NCBI GenBank assembly: GCA_002269645.1
Contig: NIVC01001104.1
Coordinates: 62,001-126,000, forward strand
Reading direction: 5' to 3'
Length of the DNA: 64,000 bases
Source: Macrostomum lignano
Taxonomy: Eukaryota
Each line of letters begins with the position of its first letter. Position 1 is the stretch's first letter. The notes beneath the pieces are model-generated. The model was not told where the DNA came from. It saw only the letters and a program-made list of their open reading frames with translations, and searched no databases. Both the position numbers and the translations under genes were made by a program. Below are positions 27,225 through 39,445 of this stretch, one piece after another.

Positions 27225-28415
27225 TGTATGTGTGTCAGACTGCTCTAGTGTGTGTCAGACTACTCTAGTGTGTGTCAGACTGCTCTAGTGTGTGTCAGAC
27301 TGCTCTAGTGTGTGTCAGACTGCTCTAGTGTGTGTCAGACTGCTCTAGTGTGTGTCAGACTGCTCTAGTGTGTGTCAGAGTGCTCTAGTGTGTGTCAGAC
27401 TGCTCTAGTGGTTGTCAGACTGCTCTAGTGGTTGTCAGACTGCTCTAGTGTGTGTCAGACTGCTCTAGTGGTTGTCAGACTGCTCTAGTGGTTGTCAGAC
27501 TGCTCTAGTGTGTGTCAGACTGCTCTAGTGAATGTCAGACTGCTCTAGTGTGTGTCAGACTGCTCTAGTGTGTGTCAGACTGCTCTAGTGGTTGTCAGAC
27601 TGCTCTAGTGTGTGTCAGACTGCTCTAGTGTTTGTCAGACTGCTCTAGTGTGTGTCAGACTGCTCTAGTGTGTGTCAGACTGCTCTAGTGTGTGTCAGAC
27701 TGCTCTAGTGTGTGTCAGACTGCTCTAGTGGTTGTCAGACTGCTCTAGTGTGTGTCAGACTGCTCTAGTGTGTGTCAGACTGCTCTAGTGGTTGTCAGAC
27801 TGCTCTAGTGTGTGTCAGACTGCTCTAGTGTTTGTCAGACTGCTCTAGTGGTTGTCAGACTGCTATCATAAGGATTGGACTGTTCTAACAAACTCAAGAA
27901 GTTTAAATCCAGGCTTTTCCAATATGGGTCAGCTATAATTTCAGTGTGGGTCAGACTGTACTAATGTCTGTGTTAAAAACTCACCAGAGAAGGCACACTG
28001 CACTAAAGCCGCCAGACTCAAAGCTAGAAGCGCCAACCTCATGCTGTAACTGGGGAATTAGAAATAACTCAATACTGTGTCAGAGTACTAGAATTTGATC
28101 AATAAACTCCGAAGTAGTCAGCGAGGATCAACGATTCAAGGTGCCAATTTTATTAATATACTTTTTGCGATATCTTTAATATTGTAACTGAGGCAGTAGT
28201 GTATAATTGCAGGAGTGAGAAAGGCTGAGAGCTAGGCTGACAATACTTATTAGTTAGCAATGAGGTGGTGGCTGCAGACAAATTCAAGCGTGCGCATGGG
28301 GTGGGTGTTGAATACAATACCATTCAAATCATTAAGCTGGTCAATAGCAATCGCCGTGAGTCAACACTTCAGTGCATGCAACCCATAACAAAGTTCAACG
28401 TGTCACGATGTCACA
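27225..28415 (-). mobile_element. LTR (1191 bp) shared between the two tandem Gypsy copies
   Basis: TG...CA termini. On the minus strand it is preceded by PPT AAGGGGGGAGG at 28416-28426 and followed by the PBS at 27223. AATAAA on the minus strand near 28150. Contains a 20-nt array (GTGTGTCAGACTGCTCTAGT) at about 27230-27865. Confidence 0.88.
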
Positions 28416-30405
28416 CCTCCCCCCTTAGTTAACGCCCTCACTGCAGCATCAATCTGTCAGGTGGTGCTCGAACTCGATTCGGGTAGCGCCGGGATACTCG
28501 TTAGCAGCGTCAGCAGTGTCTGCCTGCGGCGAGGCCGACGTGCCGCCAGCGTCAGGTGCCGCGCAGTCCTCGGCCGGGGCTGTGCTGCTGTTCGATTCGG
28601 CCAACCCAGCGGGAGCCGACAGCAGCTGGTCAGCGTGTCGCGCTTGTACGCCGCGTCCGGAATCGACTGTGCAGTTGCGAGTGCCGGCATTGACAATGAC
28701 ACCTTCGGCCCAGCGACTGCTTTCTCCTGCACGAGCAGCAGTGCTGAAATCGCGGTAGAGCACGCGATCTCCAGGCTGGAACTGGCGCACTGGCCGCTGC
28801 TGCTGAAGCTGATGTCGCTGTTGCGTGGCCGAAGTCAACGATGGTGTCAGGAGATCCAGCCGGCTGCGCAGCTGGCGGCCAATGAGCAGCTGACTCGGCG
28901 CGGTGCCACTGACGCTGTGCGGAGTGTTGCGGTAGGCCATCAGCAGTCGTTGAAGTTGCTCATCGGGGTGACCGCACTTACTCAAATGCCGCTTCAGCAC
29001 CTGGACGAAGCGCTCGGCCTGGCCATTGGTCGCCGGGTGGAATGACGCCGAGAAGATGTGCCGGATGCCGTTGGAACTGACGAACTCAGCGAACTCGGCC
29101 GAAGCGAATTGTGGCCCGTTGTCCGACACCAAGCTTCTCGGTAGGCCGAGACGAGCGAAGATTTCTCCCAGGCAGCTGATCGTCGCAGTTGCAGTGGTGC
29201 TGCTCATCCTGTGCACCTCTGGCCACTTGCTGTGCGCGTCGACCAGGACCAGGTAAGTGCGGCCTTCCACGGGTCCCGCGAAGTCGATGTGCAACCGCTC
29301 CCATGGCTCAGTCGGGAATGGCCATGGCTGCACCGGGGCCTTGGATGGATCCGCCTGATTGAGCTGGCAGGTGCGACAGGCTTTTACTGCGGCCTCCAGG
29401 TCTTTGTCAATACTTGGCCACCAGACGTAGCTTCTCGCGAGGGCGCGCATGCGGCTGATGCCAGGGTGGGCTTGGTGCGGCTCGTTCAACACTTGTTATC
29501 GCAGGGCGGCTGGCACCACAACTCGAACGCCCCACAGCACGCAGCCCTGGTCAATGGACAGCTCGCTCTGGCGCCTGGCGAAGTCGGTCAGGTCGGCGCA
29601 GATAGTCGAACCCGTCTGCGGGCAGCGCAGCACGCGACCTAGCACCGCATCCGTCCTGGTGAGCCGCGCCACCGTCGCTGCAGTGGCGGCCGAACCTGCG
29701 CCCTCGTCCATCAGCAGCGAGTTAACCGCTGTCTCCTCCTCGAACTGCTGCGGCAATGGCAGCCGGGACAGCGAGTCGCAGTTGGCGTGCTTCTCCGTCG
29801 GCCGAAACTCGAGCGCATAGTCATAGCTCGCCAGCCGGATCGCCCACCGCTGCATGCGGGCTGCAGCGTGTGCCGGGATGCCTTTCCGCTCGCCCAGTAA
29901 CCCGAGTAGCGGCAGGTGATCAGTGACTATCGTGAATCTCCGGCCGTAGAGGAATTGATGGAAGCGGTGCAGCCCGAACATTATGGCCAGCGCTTCCTTG
30001 TCGAGCTGCGAGTAGCCCCGCTGTGCTGCGTTCAGGGTGCGGCTAGCGAATGCCACTGCGCAGTCTTTGTTGTTGATGCGATGGGACAACACCACACCCA
30101 CTCCGTATAGTGAAGCGTCACACTCGAGCCGCAGCGGCATATCCGGGTTGAAGTGCACAAGCACCGGTGAATGGAGCAGCAGACGCTTAGCTTCGCTGAA
30201 GGTGGTTTGCTGCGGCTTGTCCCACGTCCAGCGAACGTCCTTGGCCAGCAGCTGATTGAGCGGCACCACTACGGTGGACAGGTTAGGCAGGAACCGGCCG
30301 TACTGAGTCAGCATGCCGAGGAACGAGCGCAGCTGGCTGATGTCCTTCGGCGCCGGGGCGTCTTGAATTGCGGCCACCCTGTCCGTCAGCGGGCTGAGTC
30401 CACAT

Positions 30406-33400
30406 CCCAGTGGCAAAGCCGAGCTCGGTCCGAGCTCGGGCCGACGTCGGCCACTCGGCATTCGATCGGCCATACTAAAGTCGGCCAGCCGACGTCGGCC
30501 CGAACTCGGTAGAACCTCGGGGTGCCGCGCCGTTAACCGATTAAAAGTTTTAATCAATTAAGCAGAATTTACCTACGCTAATGAATTCGATATGATTAAA
30601 AAAGAACACCGCATAAATATAGATGAATAATTTACACTGAAAAAGTGACTCTTTTGCAATAAACAAAAACAACGCAATAATACAGCACTTTTGAACCACC
30701 AAAGTGGTGTAATGTGCTTTTTACACATACTAATTGTGTTTTTACTGAATTAGTTTCCTCGTTGAGTAGGTGATTTGACTTTTATGGATTTATTCTCCTT
30801 CGAGACGACCATGAAGTGCATGCGTTATAGGTACGGAAAATTCGAAGTACTGGATTTTAACAATTATATATATGAGTAATTTACCAGATAAAAAGAACAT
30901 AGCTTCGTTAGTAAAAATATAAATAAATAATTAACTGCTTTAGAATTTACTTAAGGCGTAATTATTGCTCATTTTTTGCCATTCATTTGAATATATTGCT
31001 CCCGTGCAGGTCAAGCCAATTGTAAACAGTGTTTGGCTCTTTTTAACGTGGCAATTCATTTAGCTTCTTAGTTATTATTTTTATTACACGTTCTTTGGAA
31101 GCATTTAGATGTTTCGGCAAAAATTCCAGAGACATACTTAGTCTTACAGTTAAGCCGTAACTAATTGAACTATAGCTACACTGTAATGCAATGTAAACTT
31201 GTTTTTTGGGGTTTAATGAAGATTTGCTTACAATTTATGAATAGGCGTATGAAATATGTTTTCATTAATGATAATTAGACATATTACGATGGCAATTCAC
31301 CAGCTATTTTCAGAATGGCCATCAAATAGTTATCTAGGAGTTAAAAGTGAATAAATATCTACAAAAAGCATATTTTCATGATAAAATGTTGAAAAGTATA
31401 GGATTGCAATAGGAGTTACCATAACTTAACTGTAGGAATGATATCTAGCTTAGGTCATAAATCCTGTGATTTGAAAAGTCTAAAATGGCCTAAATAAAGC
31501 CAGATTTTTAGGCTCCTATGATATTTTTATCCCTACTATATTAGGTCTAGCTTCTTATTTTTTATTTGTCTATGGCAATGCCATCATGAATTATATACAA
31601 TCAGTTAATTTAAGACATTGTTTATGTACTATAGGCCAGGATATAATGCCAATTGTGCATTTTATGGCAGGCAATTTAATGTAATTTTGCTATATATGCC
31701 AATTTTTTACTCTTTTGAATAGATTCATAGTATTCAGTTTATACTATATTGTTTTTCTAATGACTTTTTAGTATAACTATAGTATACTTATTTTACTATT
31801 ATAGGTTTTTACTTTATTTTTGCACCATAGACTAGATATTGATGCTATTTTTATATACTAGGGCCCTATGCCATATTTGGCATCAGTTTTGCACTGCAAA
31901 GTTTTGCACATCAATTTTTTTACTTTTTCATCATATGGCTTCAATTCTAACCCCCTTGATGTTCTAGATACAACACTTTGAGAAAATGGGGCGAGATTCT
32001 AAGCCTCCCCACGAGCGATCCAGAAGCAGCAGCACGACACCCATGCCCATGACCACCACATTGAGATGGGCAACGCAGTCGTTGCGAGGGACTTTGCTGC
32101 TGATGGCAGCTGGAAGCCTGCTGTTCTGACCGACTGCTCCAGGGCTGTGTCTCTCTTGCCAGTTTGACGATGGTCGAGAGGTCCATCGGCAGATCAATCA
32201 AGTGTCTGCGCGGCGCCTTCCAAAGTTGAGCAACCGCTATGTGCCGAGGTGCCTGACGATCAACCAGAGGCCCCTGCGGAGACGCCTGGCCAGGCGCCAG
32301 AGTTGAGCTCTGCGGCGCCACTTTGACGTTCGACCAGGGCAAGAGCTTAACCTGACCGGCTGCGCTACCAGTGACTATGGACTGTTCCTCTATGGACTGT
32401 GAACTGATTTGCGTCTTTTATTCCCGTTTTTATCTAACGCTTAATCTTTGTGGGGAGGAGTGTGGTGACTTGACTGAGCAAATTGTTGTTTGTTTTGTTA
32501 GCTTGTTTTTACTCCGTGTTTTGAGGTGGTGTTTTACCAGTTTCGCTGCGTGCTCCCTTCTGCGATATTTCGCTGTACATTCTTATGTACGCTCTGGATT
32601 CTGGCCGCTCTTGCTCTCCACCCTTAAGCCTCTTACACCCAATGTATCGTGCTCAATATTTACAATATAAATTGCAGTCGCTTTCCTCGTATCAAGCGTC
32701 TCGTTCTACAATCTAAAGTGAAGTCTTTACAGTTTATAATGTTAATAAATGCTCAACCAAATCCGTATCGCAACCCTTAACTCAACCTCTGTTTTCAGCT
32801 GTTTAGCTACTTTTTCTCTTTGTTTTCTTGCTTATTGGTTGAAAAGTTAATCTTGTATCATTATTAGCATTTGATAATACACTAGTGTGCTTGTGGTGGA
32901 TTTACTGTTGCGGTTTTCTTTTAATTCAATTATTTTAACTTCTAAATCGTTGTCTTATTTCACAATCATTTAATCCTGAACATGGTTGTTGGTTGTATAT
33001 TTGTTGGGTCAGAGAACTGAGTCTGGTGGATATGTATCTAATTCCGAGGGGAAATCAATTAACTAGTTATACTAGAGGCTCACCATAACTAGGCTCATAT
33101 ACGAGCGTACATTAACACTGCAATGCACTAACATGCTAGGAATGACATGGGATCTTTAACTCGATGGTTTCAATTCGTGTCATGTCATTTTCCCATTCAC
33201 CTTTTCTTTTTCATGTAATACCGAATTGTACATGTACAGTAAAATTATATAGAAAGTGAAAGTGGCACCTACATGTAGTCAATCTGCAAGAAGCAATATA
33301 AGCTTTATAATAAGCTAAATAAAGTATAGTGCAAAGCTACTCGGCATTACCGCGGTCAGCCGACCTCGGCCCGAGGTCGTCGGCCCGAGCTAGAACCGCC

Positions 33401-33468
33401 GTCAACCCGCCGAGCTCGGCCCGATCTCGGCGGACCGAGCTCGGGCCGAGCTCGGCTTTGCCACTGGG
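30406..33468. mobile_element. Non-autonomous CMC/EnSpm-like DNA transposon, 3063 bp, inserted in the Gypsy RT
   Basis: TIRs CCCAGTGGCAAAGCCGAGCTCGG / CCGAGCTCGGCTTTGCCACTGGG with subterminal CCGAGCTCGG palindromes. 2-bp TSD AT (30404-30405, 33469-33470). The empty site GAGTCCACATGCGTC is visible in copy A at about 25833-25847. No transposase ORF. The superfamily is inferred from the CCC termini plus 2-bp TSD. Confidence 0.88.
31960..32710 (+). mobile_element. Decayed 3' end of a second Gypsy element (integrase C-terminus, PPT, 250-bp LTR)
   Basis: Frameshifted QKQQHDTHAHDHHIEMGNAVVARDF...WKPAV / CQFDDGREVHRQINQV resembles Mag-type integrase tails. PPT GGGGAGGAG at 32452-32460, then TGTGGTGAC...TTCTACA at 32461-32710. 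Confidence 0.7.
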
Positions 33469-35558
33469 ATGCGTCAATGCGGTAGCCCAGATACTCGACA
33501 GAGTCCGTGAAGAACGGGCTCTTTTGCTTTTTCAGCCTGAGTCCCGACTCAAGGAGGCGCTGCAGAACTTCTTCCAGGTTTTTCTTATGTTGCTGCATCG
33601 TCTTGCTGGTGACCAGGATGTCATCGACAAACACCTGGACAGAGTCGAGACCTCCTAACAGAGTGTCCATCGTCCGTTGGAAGATCGCAGTGGCGCACTT
33701 GATGCCAAAAGGCATGCGATTGAACTGGTAGAGTCCCTTTGGCGTGTTGATCGTGACGAAGGCTTTGCTGACTTCGGCGAGCGGAAGCTGCAGGAAGGCA
33801 TTGGACAGATCGAGCTTTGTCCACTTGCAGCCGCCTCCCAGCTTGGCAAACAGGTCCTCGATCTTGGGCAGAGGACCTGCCGCTGCCGCCGATGCCGCTG
33901 CCGCCGATACCGCTGCCGCCGTTGCCGCAGCCGCCGTTGCCGCAGCCGCCGTTGCCGCAGCCGCCGTTGCCGCTGCCGCCGTTGCCGCTGCCGGGGTTGC
34001 CACCGCTGAACCGATGCCCTCTGTGGTGCGCTGATGTCGCCTGCTTGCGGCTTTCTCTCTTGCCGAAAAATTGCAGATTGGCCGCAGACTGCGGTGTTGC
34101 CTTTTGTGCCATCTCCAGGGACGAACGCTCAGCTGACTCCAGCGACATCGCCTTCTCTTGCAGGGATTCGAAGGTCGGCTCAACCACTTCCAGCAGCTTG
34201 GCTCGGAAGGCGTCACTTCGAAGGCCGAACACAAGTTGGTCTCGAAGCCGCTCATTTAGCGACACACTGAAGTTGCAGTCAGCTGACAGAGCCTGGAGCC
34301 CCGCGATGAATGCAGTGAAGCTCTCGCCTGCTTGCTGAGTTCGTTGTTGGAAACGGAACCTCGCAGCCAGCTCCGAAAGCTTTGGTGCAAAGTGCGTTGT
34401 CAGCAGCTTCCTCAGGTCAGCGTAAGACTTCTGCGCCACTTGGCCTGGCTGGCACAGCCTCCACAGTGTGATGTAACCCTCCTCTCAGATCGACGTGATC
34501 CTTATATAATGAAGTGTTCCTACCTTGGATCAGAGTAACCACATTTGTCTCATCCTTCACCTCTTTGCAGATGAAGTACTGCTCGAGACGCTCAAGGAAG
34601 ACCTCTCGACGTTGGTAGATGGTAGTAGTTGGCCCAGCATGGGCGGACTCGTCGCCATTGTATGTGTGTCAGACTGCTCTAGTGTGTGTCAGACTACTCT
34701 AGTGTGTGTCAGACTGCTCTAGTGTGTGTCAGACTGCTCTAGTGTGTGTCAGACTGCTCTAGTGGTTGTCAGACTGCTCTAGTGTGTGTCAGACTGCTCT
34801 AGTGTGTGTCAGACTGCTCTAGTGGTTGTCAGACTGCTATCATAAGGATTGGACTGTTCTAACAAACTCAAGAAGTTTAAATCCAGGCTTTTCCAATATG
34901 GTCAGCTAAAGTTTCAGTTGTGGGTCAGACTGTACTTATGTCTGTGTTAAAAACTCACCAGAGAAGGCACACTGCACTAAAGCAGCCAGACTCAAAGCTA
35001 GAAGCGCCAACCTCGTGCTGTACCTGGGGAATTAGAAATAACTCAATTCTGTGTCAGAGTACGCAGTATTGAGTTGCAGACTGTTGTAATTAAAAGTTGT
35101 TGATTCGAATATCACCAGATTCGTCAGGCATCTTAAATAATTTGAAATTTATTCCAGGCACGAATGCGCACGATATAACTGTAGATAGAAGATTAAATAT
35201 TTCAGAAAACATCATTATTTACCTTTCAGAATATGGACTTGCTGACCTACTAATTTATCTAAAACAATTAATACAATTAATAATGGCAGCGCTAGTAGGG
35301 CAGAGCGATTCGGCGCGCGCAATGTCGATTTAGCCTGTCAGCTGATGTCGCTGACGGCGCAATAGGTCGCTTTTGGACAAACCATGCATCAGCCCGTTCA
35401 AGGACTATACACCTCTGAGAATAGTGGATTGGTCCACCATAGGGGCCTAATCTCGGGCCGCCACCTCAAGTTTTGGTCCCTATGGGAGTCTCCGGTGGGC
35501 TAACCATTCGGCGGGGTTCGGATGCCTTCATAGGTGATTGCGTGTCCTAACTGCGAAA

Positions 35559-35858
35559 GGGGGTTGTAGCCTAGTGGTTACGGTAGAGCATCGGACTCAA
35601 GATTTGAAAGTCGGAGGTTCGATTCCCAAAGCCACTGGAACAATTTGTCCTTGAGCAAGACACTAACTCTGCACTGCTTCGATTCACCATGCTGTAAAAT
35701 GGGTGTCAGCATTTGCTGGGGTAATTGAGGGTGTGGCGACCCCCGAACAGCCGCACACTGTCTTCAGATGCACCGTGCAATACATGTAGCTGCGGCTGAG
35801 CTGTCGGTTGCACACCTGGTGCAACTATATGGCAGGTGTAATCAATTATCATTATTTT
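35559..35858 (+). mobile_element. tRNA-derived SINE (CORE-like central domain), copy 1
   Basis: A-box TAGCCTAGTGG and B-box GGTTCGATTCC; central GTCCTTGAGCAAGACACT...TGTAAAATGGG; tail GGCAGGTGTAATCAATTATCATT. Homologous to 49545-49845. Confidence 0.85.
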
Positions 35859-35976
35859 TAATTGCAAAGCTCAATTATTATTGGCAAGGCTATCGCACCG
35901 CTTGCAATCCGCTTGCGGATTCGCAGTCTCCTCAGGGACCACCATTCACGGGCGTAAGCTACCAATCAGTCAGGGT

Positions 35977-36824
35977 CAGGCGCGTCGCCACCGGGGGCAT
36001 GTCCCCCCCCCCACCCAGTAAAAGCTATGGGGGGACATTTGCCAATGCTTTGCTCCCGCCCCCCCAACCCGCCTTGTGACTTGTGGTAATCAATAATTTC
36101 TCTTCAGGGCGTCAAAATATAGCGCCTTCGGCGCCAAATGAATGCCTATGGCGCTAAAATGAGTGCCTTATACGGCGCTAAAATGAGTGCCTGCAGCGCT
36201 AAAAAAAGGAATGCCCGCGGTGCCAAAAGGAGTGCCTGCGGCGCTAAAACGAGTGCCTGCAGCGCTAAAAAAGGAATGCCCGCGGTGCCAAAAGGAGTGC
36301 CTGCGGCGCTAAAATGAGTGCCTGCAGCGCTAAAAAAAGGAATGCCCGCGGTGCCAAAAGGAGTGCCTGCGGCGCTAAAACGAGTGCCTGCAGCGCTAAA
36401 AAAGGAATGCCCGCGGTGCCAAAAGGAGTGCCTGCGGCGCTAAAATGAGTGCCTGCAGCGCTAAAAAAAGGAATGCCCGCGGTGCCAAAAGGAGTGCCTG
36501 CGGCGCTAAAATGAGTGCCTGCAGCGCTAAAAAAAGGAATGCCCGCGGTGCCAAAAGGAGTGCCTGCGGCGCTAAAACGAGTGCCTGCAGCGCTAAAAAA
36601 GGAATGCCCGCGGTGCCAAAAGGAGTGCCTGCGGCCCAAAATGAGAGCCTGCGGCGCTAAAAGAAATGCCTACGGCGCCAAAATGAGTGTCTGCGGCGCC
36701 AAAATGAGCGCTGACAACACGATTCTCATAATACTGGAGATGTAGGAATTTAGTCATGTGCGTGTACTTGTGGAATTTTTGGCTTTGTCCCCCTCCGACC
36801 ATAAAATCCATGGCGACGCCCCTG
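35977..36824. mobile_element. hAT-type MITE (848 bp) carrying an internal 66-nt tandem array
   Basis: TIRs CAGGCGCGTCGCCA / TGGCGACGCCCCTG (1 mismatch). TSD GTCAGGGT (35969-35976) / GTCAGGTT (36825-36832), 7 of 8 identical. Array at about 36150-36710. Confidence 0.8.
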
Positions 36825-37344
36825 GTCAGGTTCGACCATTGTGGGCCGGGCCAGCCCAGCGAGATCGAGGTACATGTAGGTCTGGCCGCCACCGGCGAAC
36901 CAAACCGCGCTCCCGCAAACAAGTGAGAGCCTGCCCCTAAGCCTATGCAATGAAAACCAAACCCAACGTTGCTTAACTTCGGTGAATACAACTATATGGT
37001 TAACAGAATAAAGCAAGTTTCAATTTCACTATCTTATAAATTGTCAGTCAACAAACAAGCAATCAATGCAATATAGAAAACTTATTTTTTATATTTCAGG
37101 CCTTTTTTTTAATTGACCGCTGCGCAAGCTAAAACAAAAAATAATTAATAATAATTCACAGGAAGGCAGATAGGGAAAGCCATCTTTGTAAGTCGTACTG
37201 TACTGTACATGAAGTTGAAGATAATTACTAGAAATAATATTTGCATGTATGGCGGACTGCTGATTCAGGAAATATGTGCCCGAAAAAAATATTAGTTTCA
37301 TCCCTAACTGCATCTACTTAACAATAATAGAGAAAGTCAGGGCT

Positions 37345-37411
37345 AACTGATTAACTAACTAACTAACTAACTAGCTAACTAATTAACTAACTAACTAACT
37401 AACTAACTAAT

Positions 37412-37442
<31 letters not shown>

Positions 37443-37730
37443 TAACTAACTGCTAACTAACTAATTAGCTAACTAACAGACTAACTAACTAACTAATAAC
37501 TAACTAACTAACTAACTAATAACTAACTAACTAACTAACTAATAACTAACTAACTAACTAGCTAACTAATTAACTAACTAACTAACTAACTAATAACTAA
37601 CTGCTAATTAACTAATTAACTAACTAACAAACAGACAAACAAATTTACAAACAAACAAATAACTAACTAACTAACTAGCTAACTAACTAACTAGCCCACT
37701 AACTAATAAACTAATTAACAGCTAATCTGT
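37345..37730. repeat. Degenerate (AACT)n microsatellite
   Basis: Visible tract downstream of BPNT1. Confidence 0.95.
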
Positions 37731-37817
37731 AGAAGAAATGAAAACTCTGGTGGCACATGTCTGGAAGCTGTGAGTGCTCCATAGACAGCGCAAACACTGC
37801 ACTATGCAGCCAGGCCA

Positions 37818-39445
37818 TCAGCTCTGCTTCGGGCCCTGAAGCTTCTGTCGAACATCTTCGGGTATGGCCTCGACGCAGCGCTGATGATCTTCCACCCGCA
37901 TCGCCGCCAGGACGCCGCGGTTGTTCGGCCGTTCAACTCCGGGATCGTAGCGCAGCTGCCGACCGAAGATGTCGGTCAAGCGACCGCCGGCTGCGCGCAG
38001 CAACGCCTCCGGAGCGCAGGTGTCCCACTTCTTGCAGCCGGCCGAGGCGAAGATGTACACGTGAGCCCGCCGCTCCAGCAGCAGCAGCACCTTGTGGCCG
38101 CAGCCTCCGACTCGGAGGGTCTGGGTTTTATAGATGGCGACGGAGGGATAGGTAGGCAGAGGGTAATACTGGAGACAGCGGAGAGGGTAGCCCACACCGG
38201 GCAAAGGGTAACACACAGAGGGCAAAGGGTAACACACAGAGGGCAAAGGGTAACACAGAGGGCAAAGGGTAACACACAGAGGGCAAAGGGTAACACACAG
38301 AGGGTAAAGGGTAACACAGAGGGCAAAGGGTAACACACACAGAGGGCAAAGGGTAACACACACAGAGGGCAAAGGGTAACACACACAGAGGGCAAAGGGT
38401 AACACACACAGAGGGCAAAGGGTAACACACACAGAGGGCAAAGGGTAACACACAGAGGGCAAAGGGTAACACACAGAGGGCAAAGGGTAACACACACAGA
38501 GGGCAAAGGGTGACACACACAGAGGGCAAAGGGTAACACACAGAGGACAGAGGAGAGCCTAACACACAGTGCTGAGGAGACACTGATTGCAGTACTACCT
38601 GAGTAGGACCGCAGGCAGTCACGGCGGCCGTGACAGTATCGCTGTCGTGACTGCGCGTGGTGACAACTACGCGACCAGTGGGCAGAGGCCGGCGCGAGTC
38701 CGAGCCCATGCCGAAGATGCCCAGACCGTCCAGGCCCCAGACCAGCCGGCCAGCCTGACTGGGGTCGGTTAGGTAGCGATAATAAGGCTGGTACACCACC
38801 CCGGCAACAGCTTGACCTTCCAGTGCCACTCCAATCAGCACGGTGACATTGTCGAGTAGATTGTCGGCAAATTCCGATGTGCCATCGAGTGGATCGACCC
38901 AGACTGTTAGATCTTCGGGTCGAACGTTTTGTACTTTTTCGGGGCATCTGCAGTACACAGAGGGTGGGTTGGTTTTTATGTATTTCTTTTAGTTGGTTAT
39001 TTAGTTAGTCAGTTAAGTTAGTCATTCAGTTAGTTAGTTAATTAGTTAGTTAGTCATTCATTAGTTAGTTAGTTAGTTAGGTAGTTAGTTAGTTAGTCCC
39101 CCTAAGTCCAGAAATGCCACGAGTCTCAGCCCTGGCACACCTGTGACACTGCTGCAGCACTTCGTCCAGCGGTTCAACGATCTCATCAGGGCCAAGCGGC
39201 GCCGCTGCAGGGTCCTCCTCCTCCTCGCCGATGACGGTCAGGCCAGGGAAGGCGGCCCGCAGGTTGGCCGTGATGAGCCGCTGGGCGCCTCGATCTGCCT
39301 GCGTCTGCAGATCATTGTGGCCCTTGATGACAATGCCGAGCTCGCCACTGCGCATCACCTCGCGGACATAGGCGCCAGCGCGCACCGCGGCAGATGCTGA
39401 GCAGGCTAGCAGGCGCATTAGCAGTGGCGCAGCTGGAGATGGCAT
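37818..39445 (-). CDS. BPNT1: 3'(2'),5'-bisphosphate nucleotidase 1, 318 aa, 3 exons
   Basis: Exons 39445-39141, 38947-38599, 38120-37818 (957 nt, GT-AG). Motifs DLQTQADR, VIGEE, VWVDPLDGT, VTVLIG, VTTRSH, LRVGGCGHKV and GCKKWDTCAPEALLRAAGGRLTDIFG. Confidence 0.96.
38198..38545. repeat. About 20-24-nt minisatellite (AGAGGGCAAAGGGTAACACAC), BPNT1 intron 2
   Basis: Tandem units are visible. Confidence 0.95.

Larger units (their letters stand above)
28416..35062 (-). mobile_element. Defective Gypsy/Ty3 (Mag-like) retrotransposon, copy B (partial 5' LTR, PBS, gag, RT, RNaseH, integrase, PPT), split by a DNA transposon
   Basis: Partial LTR 35062-34659 matches 28088-27225; PBS at 34657; gag-RT 34650-33469; RT-RNaseH-IN 30405-28449. 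Integrase has HHCC (HQAHPG...CRTC) and DDE (IDFAG, SDNGPQF, NGQAER) motifs. In-frame TAA at 29498-29496. Same protease deletion as copy A. Confidence 0.93.

Noticed and set aside
31947-32342. 131-aa minus-strand ORF inside the EnSpm-like element as a transposase remnant
   Set aside because: The meaningful reading is the opposite strand (decayed integrase tail). No DDE transposase features.
35290-35558. GC-rich structured stretch as a hammerhead or HDV-like ribozyme
   Set aside because: No CUGANGA...GAAA core and no convincing nested pseudoknot by eye. A covariance-model search would be needed.
35559-35635. tRNA gene (also 49770-49845)
   Set aside because: A/B boxes are present, but the acceptor stem is poor and the sequence continues into a shared SINE body. 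These are SINE heads.
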